The notes under the pieces: generated by a model
The model's input: only the letters and a program-made list of their open reading frames with translations
Database searches by the model: none
What the model was told of the DNA's origin: nothing
In this document: piece by piece, positions 7,117 through 17,275 of the stretch
Layout of the letters: the number at the start of each line of letters is the position of its first letter
Numbering within the stretch: position 1 is the stretch's first letter
Program-made: the position numbers and the translations under genes
Origin: a virus
Lineage: Duplodnaviria; Caudoviricetes
Length of the DNA stretch: 38,092 bases
Strand: one strand, 5' to 3'
Virus record (IMG/VR): IMGVR_UViG_3300049009_000559
Span: 1-38,092 of that record

Positions 7117-8303
7117 TGGATAGTTACTCCTGCGCAGGTGTAGAGTTCAGCACCGATAAAGCGAATAGTCGTGTAGAAGTCGGTTCCAGTTGCGGAGACC
7201 TCAAGAAAGCAGAAGTCTGACCCAATCACAGACGCCTCGATCTCGGCCAAATCCGTCATAATCAGATCGTCAGGTGAGAAAGTGGAATGGTGTGAAGGGA
7301 AGGAAACCGTGGTGCGGAAAAGGATCTTCTCGGTTCCGACGGTGTACCTATCCACCACCTCAACCTTGACCGCTAAATCAATCAGGGAAAGTGGCCCAGA
7401 ATAGTCTCGGATGATGCCCGCGTCGGTAATGTTTGGGAGCAGGTTTTCACCTTGAGCAATAGAGACGCTGATTCCCACCCGCTCATATCCCGGGTTTTCG
7501 ACTGCAATCCGGCCGGAATAGTTCATCGTGAAACCGGGAACCAGGTTATCACGGACAAACGAGAAGTCGCGGGAGGTGATCGGAATCTGGAAGGGCGCCG
7601 CCTCAATCGAGGACATCGGCAGGCCTTCTCTGGTGTAGAGATACCCGACGGTTTCATTTGTCGGGCTGCCGCTAGAAATCCCGTGAATGGTATAGATTCC
7701 GGGGGTCATATCGGGCAGGGGAGAAACTTCGGCCAACCACCCCGCACTACCCGCATCTGCGGCATTTTCCAAGGTATCGTAAATGCGGAGAGAGTAATCG
7801 TCCCCCAAGATGCCCCTAGCATACAGGAAGTTTTCAGATGGTACTGAGACAGTCCCGGCAGAATGGGTTGCGGCGAACTTCGCGCCGAGGTAGATGTGCG
7901 AGTCCCAAACAACATCCCCACCATGATCGAAATGGCAGTAGACGCACGACAGGGGGCCAATGGTATCACCGGCTTCAAACTCAGCAGAGACCGCAGCGAA
8001 AGCGGTGCGCCCCGCAAAAACCATCGACTCACCCGAAACACCACCTGCCCTGATTTCATTGATCTGCGACTGCAGGCTTGTGTCTTTTGACTGTAAGGTG
8101 GTGATAGCAGCCGTGAGGACTGCCAGAGCATCGGTTGCGTCAGGGGTGTAGTAGTAGCTCCCCGACGCCTTAACCCCGAATCTGTAGGGCTCCTCAGAGG
8201 TAATCACGCACATGATCGGATCGGTCACGGAAGCCGTGGCAGAAACGAAAGCGGCGCGGGTGGCGTAGGTCAGTTTAATGATCTGTTTGTTTTCGTTTGA
8301 CAT
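7113..8303 (-). CDS. Putative tail fibre/receptor-binding or other virion protein
   Basis: 396 aa, last gene of the tail block, short coiled coil followed by a beta-rich region. Confidence 0.5.
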   Translation of the reverse strand: MSNENKQIIKLTYATRAAFVSATASVTDPIMCVITSEEPYRFGVKASGSYYYTPDATDALAVLTAAITTLQSKDTSLQSQINEIRAGGVSGESMVFAGRTAFAAVSAEFEAGDTIGPLSCVYCHFDHGGDVVWDSHIYLGAKFAATHSAGTVSVPSENFLYARGILGDDYSLRIYDTLENAADAGSAGWLAEVSPLPDMTPGIYTIHGISSGSPTNETVGYLYTREGLPMSSIEAAPFQIPITSRDFSFVRDNLVPGFTMNYSGRIAVENPGYERVGISVSIAQGENLLPNITDAGIIRDYSGPLSLIDLAVKVEVVDRYTVGTEKILFRTTVSFPSHHSTFSPDDLIMTDLAEIEASVIGSDFCFLEVSATGTDFYTTIRFIGAELYTCAGVTIQ

Positions 8304-8310
8304 AGTTTCC

Positions 8311-11300
8311 TCAGTTGACCACTTCGGTGATGGTATTCCCGCCGATCGTTTCGGTGATGGTGTTGCCGCCGATTACTTCGGTGATGTATGCGGTCACGGG
8401 TGCCTCGGCATATCCTTCGTCTGTCAGGAGGTGCGAGACCTTGATTTCGATCTGGTCGTTCGCGGTGTCAAGAGTCTGCTCTTCCACAATGGCGCGGAAG
8501 TAAAGGCCCCCGGTGCGCTTTGTGTCCATGAAGATCACACGGTCGCCAAGGCGTCTGGCCACGTTCTCAGCCGTCACAGGAACCCGGAAGGTGTAGCGCT
8601 TGCGTGGGGTGCAGTACCACTCCGAGAGAACCAGGGCGAGGTAGACCGCGGAATCTTCCTGCAGCTCATTCATTTCCACCCTGTTATTGGACTGGAACCA
8701 GTCGCAGTCCCGCTTGTCGACGTTTTCCCTGCGGATGAGAAGGAATGCGGCGTGATACCGATCCCAGACCACTTTCGCCGTTCCGTAGTCCATGAACCCA
8801 CCGGCGTAGGTTTTCCACAGCTTGCTTGAAGTCCCGGGGATAAGCTCGGAATAGGAGGGGAATTCGTCCTCGTCAGTCTTGCGGATAAACACCGTGGAGC
8901 GGTATTCCGAGTTGGCGGGGTTTTTGTCGTAGCGGATCTCAAGTCCCGTATACACACGGTCAAGTCCAACTACCTGTCCGTCGCCCATTGATCCGTCGAT
9001 GATGTCAGAGACAACCGTGTCGGCGTCGACATAGCCTTCCAGATTGATGAGGCGGCGGTTCTTATCCCGGCCCGGAGCGACTGCCAAAAAGGCGTGGCGG
9101 CAAAGCTGCTCGATCAGGTCTTTCGTGTTCGCCTGTTCTTCAATCTGCCGGCCAATATTCCAGAAGGTTTCTGGGCGGCGGGCGAGGCAGAGATCGAAAG
9201 AATCCGTGTCAATAAGGGTCGATTCATCCCTCTGGCGGATCAGGTATTCGATCGTGTCGGGAATCGAGGTTACAGCATTGGCTGAGGTCTTGCGGCCACC
9301 CCAGGTTCCGCCGAACTTCGCGCCGGTGACTTTCTGGTAGATCGTACCGGAATACGCATCGAACGACCGGAAGGCGGCCATTTCCAAGATGTTGTAGGAG
9401 AACGGGAAAACCGCAACCCCTCCCGCATCAATCACCGTATCGAACTTAAGGTGGAAGTTGATTCTGAGGGTTACCCCGGAAGCGAATTCCTTATCCCGCA
9501 GGAATTTGGAAATCTTTTCATCGGGATCACAGTCAACCAGAGTCCAGGCACTTGCCGTTTCCTCTGGAATGAGGTATTCGCCCCCAAGACCACGATGCGA
9601 GAAGGTGCGCCCGCCCGGGGCGGTGTAGACTACGCCGCTCACGTTTGCCGGGACATCTTCAGACCTGAAAATCCGCTTGTAGGTACCCGTAATCAGAACG
9701 TATCCATTGGGGTCAATGAGGGAGTAGGTCATACCCGCCTCGAAGGTTGTTCCGAGCGCATTGCGGGAGCTGATGACCATGTCGAAGTTGCAGCCGATCA
9801 CGATTTTCTCGGTCGACTCAAGAAGGAACCCGTCAGGAAAGCGTAGGTTGACGCTCGCAATGGATGCGGGTTCTACAGCGTTGTGAACCGATCCCGTATT
9901 GAACAGGATGACACCACTGCTGCTGAGTCCTGTGGTACCCGTCCACGACTTCCCATAGCCAGTTGAATTGTCCCGATCGACAAGGTCGGTCGCAGGGCTT
10001 CCAACGGTCGGGAAGGTATCGGCTGTCTCAACGATCGTCAGGGAGCCAACGGACGTTGCCTTTTCAGGCTTTGTCAAAGGCAGGGCGGCAAGAATCGGTT
10101 CGGAGTAGTCGATGTAAATCCGGTCGGGCGCGTTGACTTCCTCGTTACGAGGATTCAGAAGGACACCGGCAGGGCCGGGAATGGCCGAATAATCCCCATC
10201 AGGATAGAGGGTTTTGGCGCGCGCCGGGAGGTTTGAGAATTCCTCCTGCCCGTCAATCCATCCCATCGGATACCCGGAGATTGCGGAGACCTCGTCGTCA
10301 CTCACAACCTCAAAGTCGGTGATGGAGTAGATCTTGAACCACCAAGTGTTTTCGGTGGTCCCCACAACCACGTTGACCGGGGTCTGGTCCTTCTTGCGGA
10401 AAACGTCCGAAAGCTGCACGGTGGTAGTGTTTGCCGTTGTGACGAAGTTCCCGGTGATGGTAGGGGCGTAGTATTCCTCGCCCGTAGTCCCTGCCAGAAG
10501 AACAGCCACACGCGCACCCAAAAGGCGGGAGTCATTGGCGGTGAAAGTCGCGCCCGGAGTCCAAAGTGCCAAGCTATTGCCTGATTGTACCATAGCTCTG
10601 GTGTACTTGTAATTCCGCGATCCGATGGTGGCGAGAACCAGGGCGCCATCACGCTCGGATATGCGAATCAGCTCCGCCTCGGGAATTCTTCCGATGGCGA
10701 GGGGCAGGAATTTTCCCTTGGTTTCCTCGGGAGCGGTAGGGAATAGATCCTGGGTGATCTCGGTCTTGAGAACATCCTTGTGGATAGTTAGGAAGGAGTC
10801 GTAAGCCTCAATATTGAGACGGTGTTCGGCGTCAATCACCTTCTCGATCTGCTGCTCCGACCATTGGACGAACTCCCCGTCGATGATGGGGTAGATGGAA
10901 ATGGAGCAGCGGTAGAGGTCAATCCCGTTGTCCCGCAGGTACTTGAAAAGCGGCCTCCCAAGTCCCGGGAGGTTGTTCATTAGGCTGAGACCAGAAAGGG
11001 ACATGGTCGAATACCCGCCGCCCAAAGTCATGTCAAAGGCTTCGGCAGGATTCCCGAGAATGTCCTTCGAGATTACTCCTTCCTTCCACCTAATCTGAGG
11101 CTGTCCGGTAACTGGGTTTGTGGGCGGGTTTTCAGGGACAACACCGATGATGTCGAAGTCAATCGGCATCGAGGTATAGGTCATGGAAGAGACGTCAAAG
11201 GACGTTTTCCCCGTGATCGTCACCGTGTCGGGAAGGTCGACATACTTCGTTTTTTTGCTGCCCAGAAGGCTCGTATTCGAGGTGCGATTCGCGCTCGAGG

Positions 11301-12396
11301 CATACACCCGGGACAGGAACTCAGCGGGGGAAGAGATGATATTCCCGGCGTTCTCCACGCTAGAGAGGTAGATGGCGCCATCAATGCAAACTCCACCGGA
11401 ATAGAAAAGGGCGGTGGTGATCGGCCCACCGAGCAGGCTCCAAGTGTTGCCGTGGTTGTGGGAGATTTGCAGGTAGCCGTCCTCGCCCCCAGCGATCACA
11501 TCGAGCCCCGTCCAGAATACACAGCGCATCTGCTTTCCAGATGGCATGGCGCTCGTCCTCGAGGTCCAGCTTGTGCCGTTTGTAGAAGTGTGGATATTCC
11601 CACTAAATCCCACAGTAACGAACTGGCTTCCCGTCCAAGTAACTGAGAAAAGAAGGTCTGATCCAACGGTGGACGACGACCAAGTAACCCCGTCAGAGGT
11701 TACAGCCACGCCTCCGCTTGAGCCAACGGCTACCCATTTGGCAAGCGTGGCGCTGCTTGCAACCCCAATGAAGGCGACCGAGCCAAAAACATTTGCTGTC
11801 CAAGTAACCCCATAGTCATCGGAGTAGCAGGCCACACCAAACCCCGCCCCGCCGCCGACGGCCACAATGCGGAAGCCGCTTCCATAGGCCAAATCCGTGG
11901 CAGAGTAGATGTTTGCGGTCGTTCCGCTTGTGCGCGAAACCCACGTCGACCCATCAACAGAGGTATAGATGATCCCACCTGCGCCCGTGGCAATGAATTT
12001 ATTCACGGCCCAAGTGACGCAGTAGAACTGGGCTCCACTCGCGATGGTCTGGTTCGACCAGGTTCCATCTGCTCCCGTGGTCGATTTCACCACCTGCCCA
12101 ACGTCACCAATAGCCAAAAACAGATTGAGAGTATGGGAATAGGTAATCGACCGGAGGGCATACCCGACGTTACTCCACACGCTCGTGTAGTCGACGAAAC
12201 TTGAGTCCGTCATGCGGACAAAACGGGCGCTATCGTCTGCCAAGGTAGGGCTTGAAGCCAGCGAAGTTCCGGTTACTCGGAGATTGTAGTCCGGCCTGCC
12301 CGTCACCAGAGCAATCGAGGAATGCTCCATCCCGATCAATGAATCGGTGGTGTCCGCTTTGCGGGTATTGATGAGAAGGCCGTATTCGACGTTCAC
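8311..12396 (-). CDS. Large tail tip/hub protein with a BNR/beta-propeller repeat domain
   Basis: 1361 aa; repeated S.DG.TW motifs (STTGADGTW, SVDGSTW, SDDYGVTW, TSDGVTW, STNGTSW, SHNHGNTW); located downstream of the tape measure and Dit-position genes. Confidence 0.75.
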   Translation of the reverse strand: MNVEYGLLINTRKADTTDSLIGMEHSSIALVTGRPDYNLRVTGTSLASSPTLADDSARFVRMTDSSFVDYTSVWSNVGYALRSITYSHTLNLFLAIGDVGQVVKSTTGADGTWSNQTIASGAQFYCVTWAVNKFIATGAGGIIYTSVDGSTWVSRTSGTTANIYSATDLAYGSGFRIVAVGGGAGFGVACYSDDYGVTWTANVFGSVAFIGVASSATLAKWVAVGSSGGVAVTSDGVTWSSSTVGSDLLFSVTWTGSQFVTVGFSGNIHTSTNGTSWTSRTSAMPSGKQMRCVFWTGLDVIAGGEDGYLQISHNHGNTWSLLGGPITTALFYSGGVCIDGAIYLSSVENAGNIISSPAEFLSRVYASSANRTSNTSLLGSKKTKYVDLPDTVTITGKTSFDVSSMTYTSMPIDFDIIGVVPENPPTNPVTGQPQIRWKEGVISKDILGNPAEAFDMTLGGGYSTMSLSGLSLMNNLPGLGRPLFKYLRDNGIDLYRCSISIYPIIDGEFVQWSEQQIEKVIDAEHRLNIEAYDSFLTIHKDVLKTEITQDLFPTAPEETKGKFLPLAIGRIPEAELIRISERDGALVLATIGSRNYKYTRAMVQSGNSLALWTPGATFTANDSRLLGARVAVLLAGTTGEEYYAPTITGNFVTTANTTTVQLSDVFRKKDQTPVNVVVGTTENTWWFKIYSITDFEVVSDDEVSAISGYPMGWIDGQEEFSNLPARAKTLYPDGDYSAIPGPAGVLLNPRNEEVNAPDRIYIDYSEPILAALPLTKPEKATSVGSLTIVETADTFPTVGSPATDLVDRDNSTGYGKSWTGTTGLSSSGVILFNTGSVHNAVEPASIASVNLRFPDGFLLESTEKIVIGCNFDMVISSRNALGTTFEAGMTYSLIDPNGYVLITGTYKRIFRSEDVPANVSGVVYTAPGGRTFSHRGLGGEYLIPEETASAWTLVDCDPDEKISKFLRDKEFASGVTLRINFHLKFDTVIDAGGVAVFPFSYNILEMAAFRSFDAYSGTIYQKVTGAKFGGTWGGRKTSANAVTSIPDTIEYLIRQRDESTLIDTDSFDLCLARRPETFWNIGRQIEEQANTKDLIEQLCRHAFLAVAPGRDKNRRLINLEGYVDADTVVSDIIDGSMGDGQVVGLDRVYTGLEIRYDKNPANSEYRSTVFIRKTDEDEFPSYSELIPGTSSKLWKTYAGGFMDYGTAKVVWDRYHAAFLLIRRENVDKRDCDWFQSNNRVEMNELQEDSAVYLALVLSEWYCTPRKRYTFRVPVTAENVARRLGDRVIFMDTKRTGGLYFRAIVEEQTLDTANDQIEIKVSHLLTDEGYAEAPVTAYITEVIGGNTITETIGGNTITEVVN

Positions 12397-13169
12397 GAGA
12401 AGTCCTGCACGAGTTCGAGGTCAAGGTTCCACCGGTTCAGGGAGTCGCGGGAAACGCTGAACTCCCGGGCGCGGCAAGATAGAGGTAGGGCCCCTGCGGC
12501 AATGCCAAAGGGATAGTCCACCCCGGAGATCGAAGGGAAGGTGAAAGCATCCGCCCGGCCAGTTCCCACGAGATAGTTGAGGATCGGGATCATTTCGCTC
12601 GTGGTCTGCTCGAAGGTCGCACGAAAGCGGCCGGCATCATCCCGGTGGTCATGGTGAACCACATCGCCGCCCATCGTGAAGGTGGGCGAGACACCCCATG
12701 ATCTGTCCTGCTCGTACTGCTCGAGAATCCGTAGGCTTGACAGGCTTCCGGTGGTGGAGTACAGCGTCGGATTAATGGCCCGAAGGGTGAAGGTCACCTC
12801 GTCCACCCCGTTTGTCGGGGAGGCCCAGAAAACCCGCTTCAAGCGATCCATGTTCAGGATCGTGACTGTGTTCGAAACAGTCTGGTTCATGTTCGGGGCG
12901 AAAACCACTCCGTTCGTCACAGCTACCGTGAACGTCTCCCGGCCCTCGGTCGAAAGCCAGGTTCCGAAAGCCTCCATATCCGCCTTGTTTCCGTGGACGG
13001 TCACCTCGGCATCGTACCAGTCAGCCTGTGCGCCACGGTCGCAGGGGAGATACCGGCCAGATGAATCCTGTTCCCAAGTCACATTCCTGCGGATTGAAGC
13101 TCTGGGATATGGCTTCACCATGAGATCGACCGAGGTCGAGCCAGTCAGGCGGATGGAATATCCGCTCAT
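12393..13169 (-). CDS. Distal tail (Dit-position) protein
   Basis: 258-aa beta-rich ORF immediately after the tape measure gene. Confidence 0.55.
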   Translation of the reverse strand: MSGYSIRLTGSTSVDLMVKPYPRASIRRNVTWEQDSSGRYLPCDRGAQADWYDAEVTVHGNKADMEAFGTWLSTEGRETFTVAVTNGVVFAPNMNQTVSNTVTILNMDRLKRVFWASPTNGVDEVTFTLRAINPTLYSTTGSLSSLRILEQYEQDRSWGVSPTFTMGGDVVHHDHRDDAGRFRATFEQTTSEMIPILNYLVGTGRADAFTFPSISGVDYPFGIAAGALPLSCRAREFSVSRDSLNRWNLDLELVQDFS

Positions 13170-15352
13170 CCGGTAACCCCGGCATATTCGGCTTCACGAA
13201 CGGCGGAAGGATTGGCGCGGAGCCTGTTGAGCAGTGAGTCGGCGGCGATCTTCCCGAGTTGGGAGGCTTGTGCAGAAGTAGTCCCTGCAGGCATCGAGAT
13301 CGTGATCCCGCCCACGTTGATGTTCTGCACCCTTCCAGAGTTCTTGGATAGGCCTCCCGACACAAGCCCTTGGGCTCCGATCGTCAGCGGTGCGGAATCC
13401 GATCCGGCACCACTTTTTGCCACAACAGCACCGGCGACCGCGGCCCCAATACCTGCCGGACCACTAATTAGTGCCGATGCACCGCCCAAGGCAGTTACTG
13501 CCGTCCGAATGGCGGCGATGGCCGTGAGGACGGTCTGGATGCGCTGCAGCCACATGAGGGCTCTTTGCAGGGGGCCGATCTTCCACGTTTCCGCGATCAC
13601 CCCGCCGATGCCAAGGAAGGAACTCGCGATCTTCGCGTTATTGTCCTGAATCAGCTTGGTTTTCTTCTCACGCTCGGAAATGGCGAGGTTAATGCGCTCC
13701 TGAACCTGAGTTTTTTCGAGCAGGGATAGTGTTTCTTGATGCTGTCGCCATTGCTCTTGTGTCAGGACGTTCGAATTGGCAAACCGCTGCGCCTCAATGG
13801 TTTCTGCGGCCTGCTTGGCATCCAGACGAGCCAGAGCATCCTGTCCCTGAGCCTCGGCAAGGCGGCCCGAAAGATCCCGCTGCATCGCTGCCTGCGAGTC
13901 GTAGAACCGTCTCGCCTCGTCCTGCTCCCGCTTGTGGGCAGATTCCAGGATTCGGGCGCGTTCGTCGGCTTGGCGCTTGGCTTCTTTGGCGTCCTTTTCG
14001 CCAAATTCACGCTGGATTCTGAGGACTTCATTGTTTCCAATCAGGCGGGACAAGGCTTCGGACTCGTTTTCGTCCTTGTTGATTCGGGCGATTTCCTTGG
14101 CCTGGCGATCCTTGAGTTGCTTCTCGGTTTCGAGGAATGTCTTTCCGTCTTCTGCTTTAGCGCGTTCCCACCCTGCAACCGCAAGACGTTCTTGATCGAA
14201 TCCGCGCTGAACGGACTGCATCTTTTCTTTGTTGCGAAGCTCCTGAATCTTGACTGCATCCCCAAGGTTATCCGAGTTCAGGCCCGAGATTTCCGCCTCA
14301 ATCCGGAGGCCACCAACAGTCTGACTTTGCAGGCGGCGGTAGGCTCCTTGCGCATTCTCAAGGGATCCGAACAGCAGGATTAGGGACTGCGTATTTTGGT
14401 CGACCGCCTCCTTTGCCTGCGTGAATGCTTTTGCTTTCATGCCAAGGACAAGGAGGGATGCTTCGTCAGAATTCGTTGAGTCGTTGACTTCCTTGCTGTA
14501 CTCGCGGAAGGCCTGGCTCAGGTCGTCCAGTTGCTGGGTGTAGATGTCGAAACGGGCCGATTTGAGGGCATTATTGAGCCCGTCAACACCCTCCTTTGAC
14601 TTACTGAGACCGATGTAAAGAGCCCCGAGGATAGCCGTTCCTGCACCGATAACAGCACCCCACATCCCGAAACCCTGCAAGAGCTGGGTGGACTGTTGGC
14701 TGAATGCCAGGATCGCGTTTTGGCCACCCGAAACCTGCACCGCGAAGTCGGCAAACTGGTAGCTTGAATTCTTGACGGCCAGTCCAAGGCGGTTTTGGGC
14801 GGCGATGTGCTGCTGAAACGGAGTATCCGAGAACTTGGCACGGCGGGCTTCGATGGAGGTGTACTGCTGCTCCACCCATTGCTTGATTCTGACCTCTGCT
14901 TCGGCGTTTCCCTTGTGGATCCGGAGGAGGTAGGTTCCCTGCGCCCGAAGTCTTTCCAGTTGACGGTCGAACAGGTTGTTTTCGGCGTTTGCCCGAGCCA
15001 TTCCGGTCTGTTTGTCCAGTTGCAGGAGAAGGGCGTCACGCTTGTTAAGCTGCGTCACCACCTTGTCCATCTCGGTCATCTGCGCTTCGCTGCGCTTGCG
15101 GGACTCGGAGACCGTGGAGGCGGTCTGTTGGGCTTCTGCCGTGGCTTTGCGCTTCGATGCCTTCTCAGCTTCGGTTGCAACAGCCTGATACGCCTTTGCC
15201 TCCGCACTCTGCGAGGCCATAAAAGCCCCATGCAGTCCGGCCATGCTTGACGACATCCGAGAATTACCGGATTCAATGGCTTTGACGAGCGCCGAAAGCT
15301 CCTTTTGAGCTCCAGCGACGTCGATCTCAGCTACAAGGCGGAGAGGTTTCAT
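13166..15352 (-). CDS. Tail tape measure protein
   Basis: 728 aa, helical and Ala/Gln/Glu-rich; NSSYQFADFAVQVSGGQ...FSQQ motif; follows the chaperone pair. Confidence 0.9.
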   Translation of the reverse strand: MKPLRLVAEIDVAGAQKELSALVKAIESGNSRMSSSMAGLHGAFMASQSAEAKAYQAVATEAEKASKRKATAEAQQTASTVSESRKRSEAQMTEMDKVVTQLNKRDALLLQLDKQTGMARANAENNLFDRQLERLRAQGTYLLRIHKGNAEAEVRIKQWVEQQYTSIEARRAKFSDTPFQQHIAAQNRLGLAVKNSSYQFADFAVQVSGGQNAILAFSQQSTQLLQGFGMWGAVIGAGTAILGALYIGLSKSKEGVDGLNNALKSARFDIYTQQLDDLSQAFREYSKEVNDSTNSDEASLLVLGMKAKAFTQAKEAVDQNTQSLILLFGSLENAQGAYRRLQSQTVGGLRIEAEISGLNSDNLGDAVKIQELRNKEKMQSVQRGFDQERLAVAGWERAKAEDGKTFLETEKQLKDRQAKEIARINKDENESEALSRLIGNNEVLRIQREFGEKDAKEAKRQADERARILESAHKREQDEARRFYDSQAAMQRDLSGRLAEAQGQDALARLDAKQAAETIEAQRFANSNVLTQEQWRQHQETLSLLEKTQVQERINLAISEREKKTKLIQDNNAKIASSFLGIGGVIAETWKIGPLQRALMWLQRIQTVLTAIAAIRTAVTALGGASALISGPAGIGAAVAGAVVAKSGAGSDSAPLTIGAQGLVSGGLSKNSGRVQNINVGGITISMPAGTTSAQASQLGKIAADSLLNRLRANPSAVREAEYAGVTG

Positions 15353-15708
15353 TGCTTCAGCGCCCCTTCGTATTCAGATAGGACAGACAGGAAGTACCGA
15401 CGGAAAGCGATGTACCGCTTGTCGAGCTTTTCCCATGACGGCATTGTGTGGGGAAACTCGCGTTCACGGAATTGCCACAGCTCGAAGAACTCCGCGCACG
15501 AACGCGGGATGAACTTTCTGGGGCAACTGTGATAATTGACGATTTCACCATTTTCTCCCGGTATTCCGCCCTCAACCACGCTCTGCGAAGGACTGTCACA
15601 CCCCCACACCTCTCTGAGGCTGGGGTTGCGTCGACACTTGAGACAGGACTGGCGTAACCAGGGCCCGTCCTTAGTGACGACGCAAGAGGCGGCTAGGACT
15701 CTAAACCC
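15349..15708 (-). CDS. Tail assembly chaperone, frameshifted (gpT-like) extension
   Basis: Open -1 frame from the G GGT TTA slippery site (15708-15702) to the stop at 15349; no good independent start. Confidence 0.8.
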   Translation of the reverse strand, partial: GFRVLAASCVVTKDGPWLRQSCLKCRRNPSLREVWGCDSPSQSVVEGGIPGENGEIVNYHSCPRKFIPRSCAEFFELWQFREREFPHTMPSWEKLDKRYIAFRRYFLSVLSEYEGALKQ

Positions 15709-16103
15709 TCACGCTCGATTGCGTTCGGGTTGTTGAATCCATACGCCTTCCAGAACAGCGAGTCCCGGTAGTGGGGATCAATGCTTTCGATTTCATCCAC
15801 CGAGAAGGGGATTTCATCCATGCGGGAGCGGGTGCGGTAGTTCTTCCACCCCACCAAAACACCTTCTTTGAGCACCTTGGTGATGAGGTCGAGCGGCACC
15901 GACTTCTTGGTGAAAAGCTGCTCGTTGACTGCACTCCGCTGCTCGAAAGAAAGCGGCTTGACGAAGAAGTACGGGCGCACTTCCTCGGGCAGCTTGGCGA
16001 ACGTGGAGAACGTCACCTCCGCGTGTTCTCCTTCCTCGAAAGGAAGGCACTCGCGGAGCTTTCGCTCGGTTTCTGCGTCCAAAACTCGCTTGATCGGTTC
16101 CAT
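15693..16103 (-). CDS. Tail assembly chaperone (gpG-like)
   Basis: 136 aa between tail tube and tape measure; slippery heptamer just before the stop. Confidence 0.8.
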   Translation of the reverse strand: MEPIKRVLDAETERKLRECLPFEEGEHAEVTFSTFAKLPEEVRPYFFVKPLSFEQRSAVNEQLFTKKSVPLDLITKVLKEGVLVGWKNYRTRSRMDEIPFSVDEIESIDPHYRDSLFWKAYGFNNPNAIEREGLES

Positions 16104-16141
16104 GTTTGCTCCTATGTGTGGTGGACTGTTTGAGAGCGTTT

Positions 16142-17104
16142 TTAGGCGCTCTGCATGATCTTGAACTCGTCGTCACCCGAGCTTTCCCGGAGGGAGTAGG
16201 TCTCCTCCCATGTCACTTCTTGGCCACGCGCCCCGGGCTTGTCACCCTTGAGCGAGGCTTTGGGTGCCGAGATTGTCCACTTGAGACCGGAAACGGTCGG
16301 CGTGGCAGCGGAGAAAGCGGACTGGGTGCCTGCAGCCCAACGGGTGTAGTTGGTGTCGTTGGTCAGGCGCATCATGCGGGGGTTGATCGAGAGCTCGGGT
16401 TCGCGCTTGCGAATCACGGCCTTGAGGTAGCCCGTGGCGTCAGAGTTCGCCACCTGCAGTTCGCGGGTGGTTCCGGCCTTGAGCATCAGGTTGTCGATGT
16501 CCTTGGCAACGGCGCCCACAGTAATGGTCGCGCCGGCCACGAGCTGCGGAGCCGCGCCGGTGTCGGGCGAGGTGAGAACCAGGGCGGTAGCGTCGGTCAC
16601 ACTCACAAGAGCGCCCACCCACTCGAAATCGGCCACGAGGGCGCCGTTTTCAAGGGTGACGGATACTTCGCCGATGCAGCCTTTGCCGAGAACCTGCACG
16701 GCATTGCCGGAGGTGAACAGAAACTGGACCGCAATCGTGGCGTTGATGCTGTCGCCCTCGTCCTTGGTCGCGTTCGGGGTGTAAGCCACCGAAGTGGAGG
16801 AAACGACGGTTTCGAGCAGCCCGCAGGACTTGAATGCCTTGCCGAGGTTGGGAGCAGTTGCAGCTGCACCACCCAAGAGCATCGCAGCACGAGCCTTGAA
16901 GGTCACCGAACGCTTTCCCATCGTGGAGGGGCCGTAAGAATGCCGACCCGAAGCGAATTGAAGGACATACTCCTCAATGTCCATATCGACTTCGATGTTG
17001 TAGAACTTGATGTTGTGATCCGCATTGGCCAAGGTCAGGGCGGTGCCTGCGGTGGACTCAAGGCCGAGAATCAGCTGCTTTTTGGCGAGGGTGGCGGTGG
17101 ACAT
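16142..17104 (-). CDS. Major tail tube protein
   Basis: 320 aa, Thr/Ala-rich; GLESTAGT N-terminal pattern; position before the chaperones. Confidence 0.8.
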   Translation of the reverse strand: MSTATLAKKQLILGLESTAGTALTLANADHNIKFYNIEVDMDIEEYVLQFASGRHSYGPSTMGKRSVTFKARAAMLLGGAAATAPNLGKAFKSCGLLETVVSSTSVAYTPNATKDEGDSINATIAVQFLFTSGNAVQVLGKGCIGEVSVTLENGALVADFEWVGALVSVTDATALVLTSPDTGAAPQLVAGATITVGAVAKDIDNLMLKAGTTRELQVANSDATGYLKAVIRKREPELSINPRMMRLTNDTNYTRWAAGTQSAFSAATPTVSGLKWTISAPKASLKGDKPGARGQEVTWEETYSLRESSGDDEFKIMQSA

Positions 17105-17107
17105 GGT

Positions 17108-17275
17108 TTAGGTCTCCTGGCTCTTGGCTTCGGGTTTGATGGACTTCTTCGGGGCTTCCACGGGACTCACATCGTCCTCGTAGACCTTGAGATCTTCGCA
17201 GTCGAATTCGGCACGCTGGTCGTACCAGTTGCCGTCGAAAAGCACGGATTTGCCTTGATTTACACGAACTCTCAT
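17108..17275 (-). CDS. Small hypothetical virion-region protein
   Basis: ATGA-coupled start (MRVRVNQGK...); Lys/Pro-rich tail. Confidence 0.6.
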   Translation of the reverse strand: MRVRVNQGKSVLFDGNWYDQRAEFDCEDLKVYEDDVSPVEAPKKSIKPEAKSQET

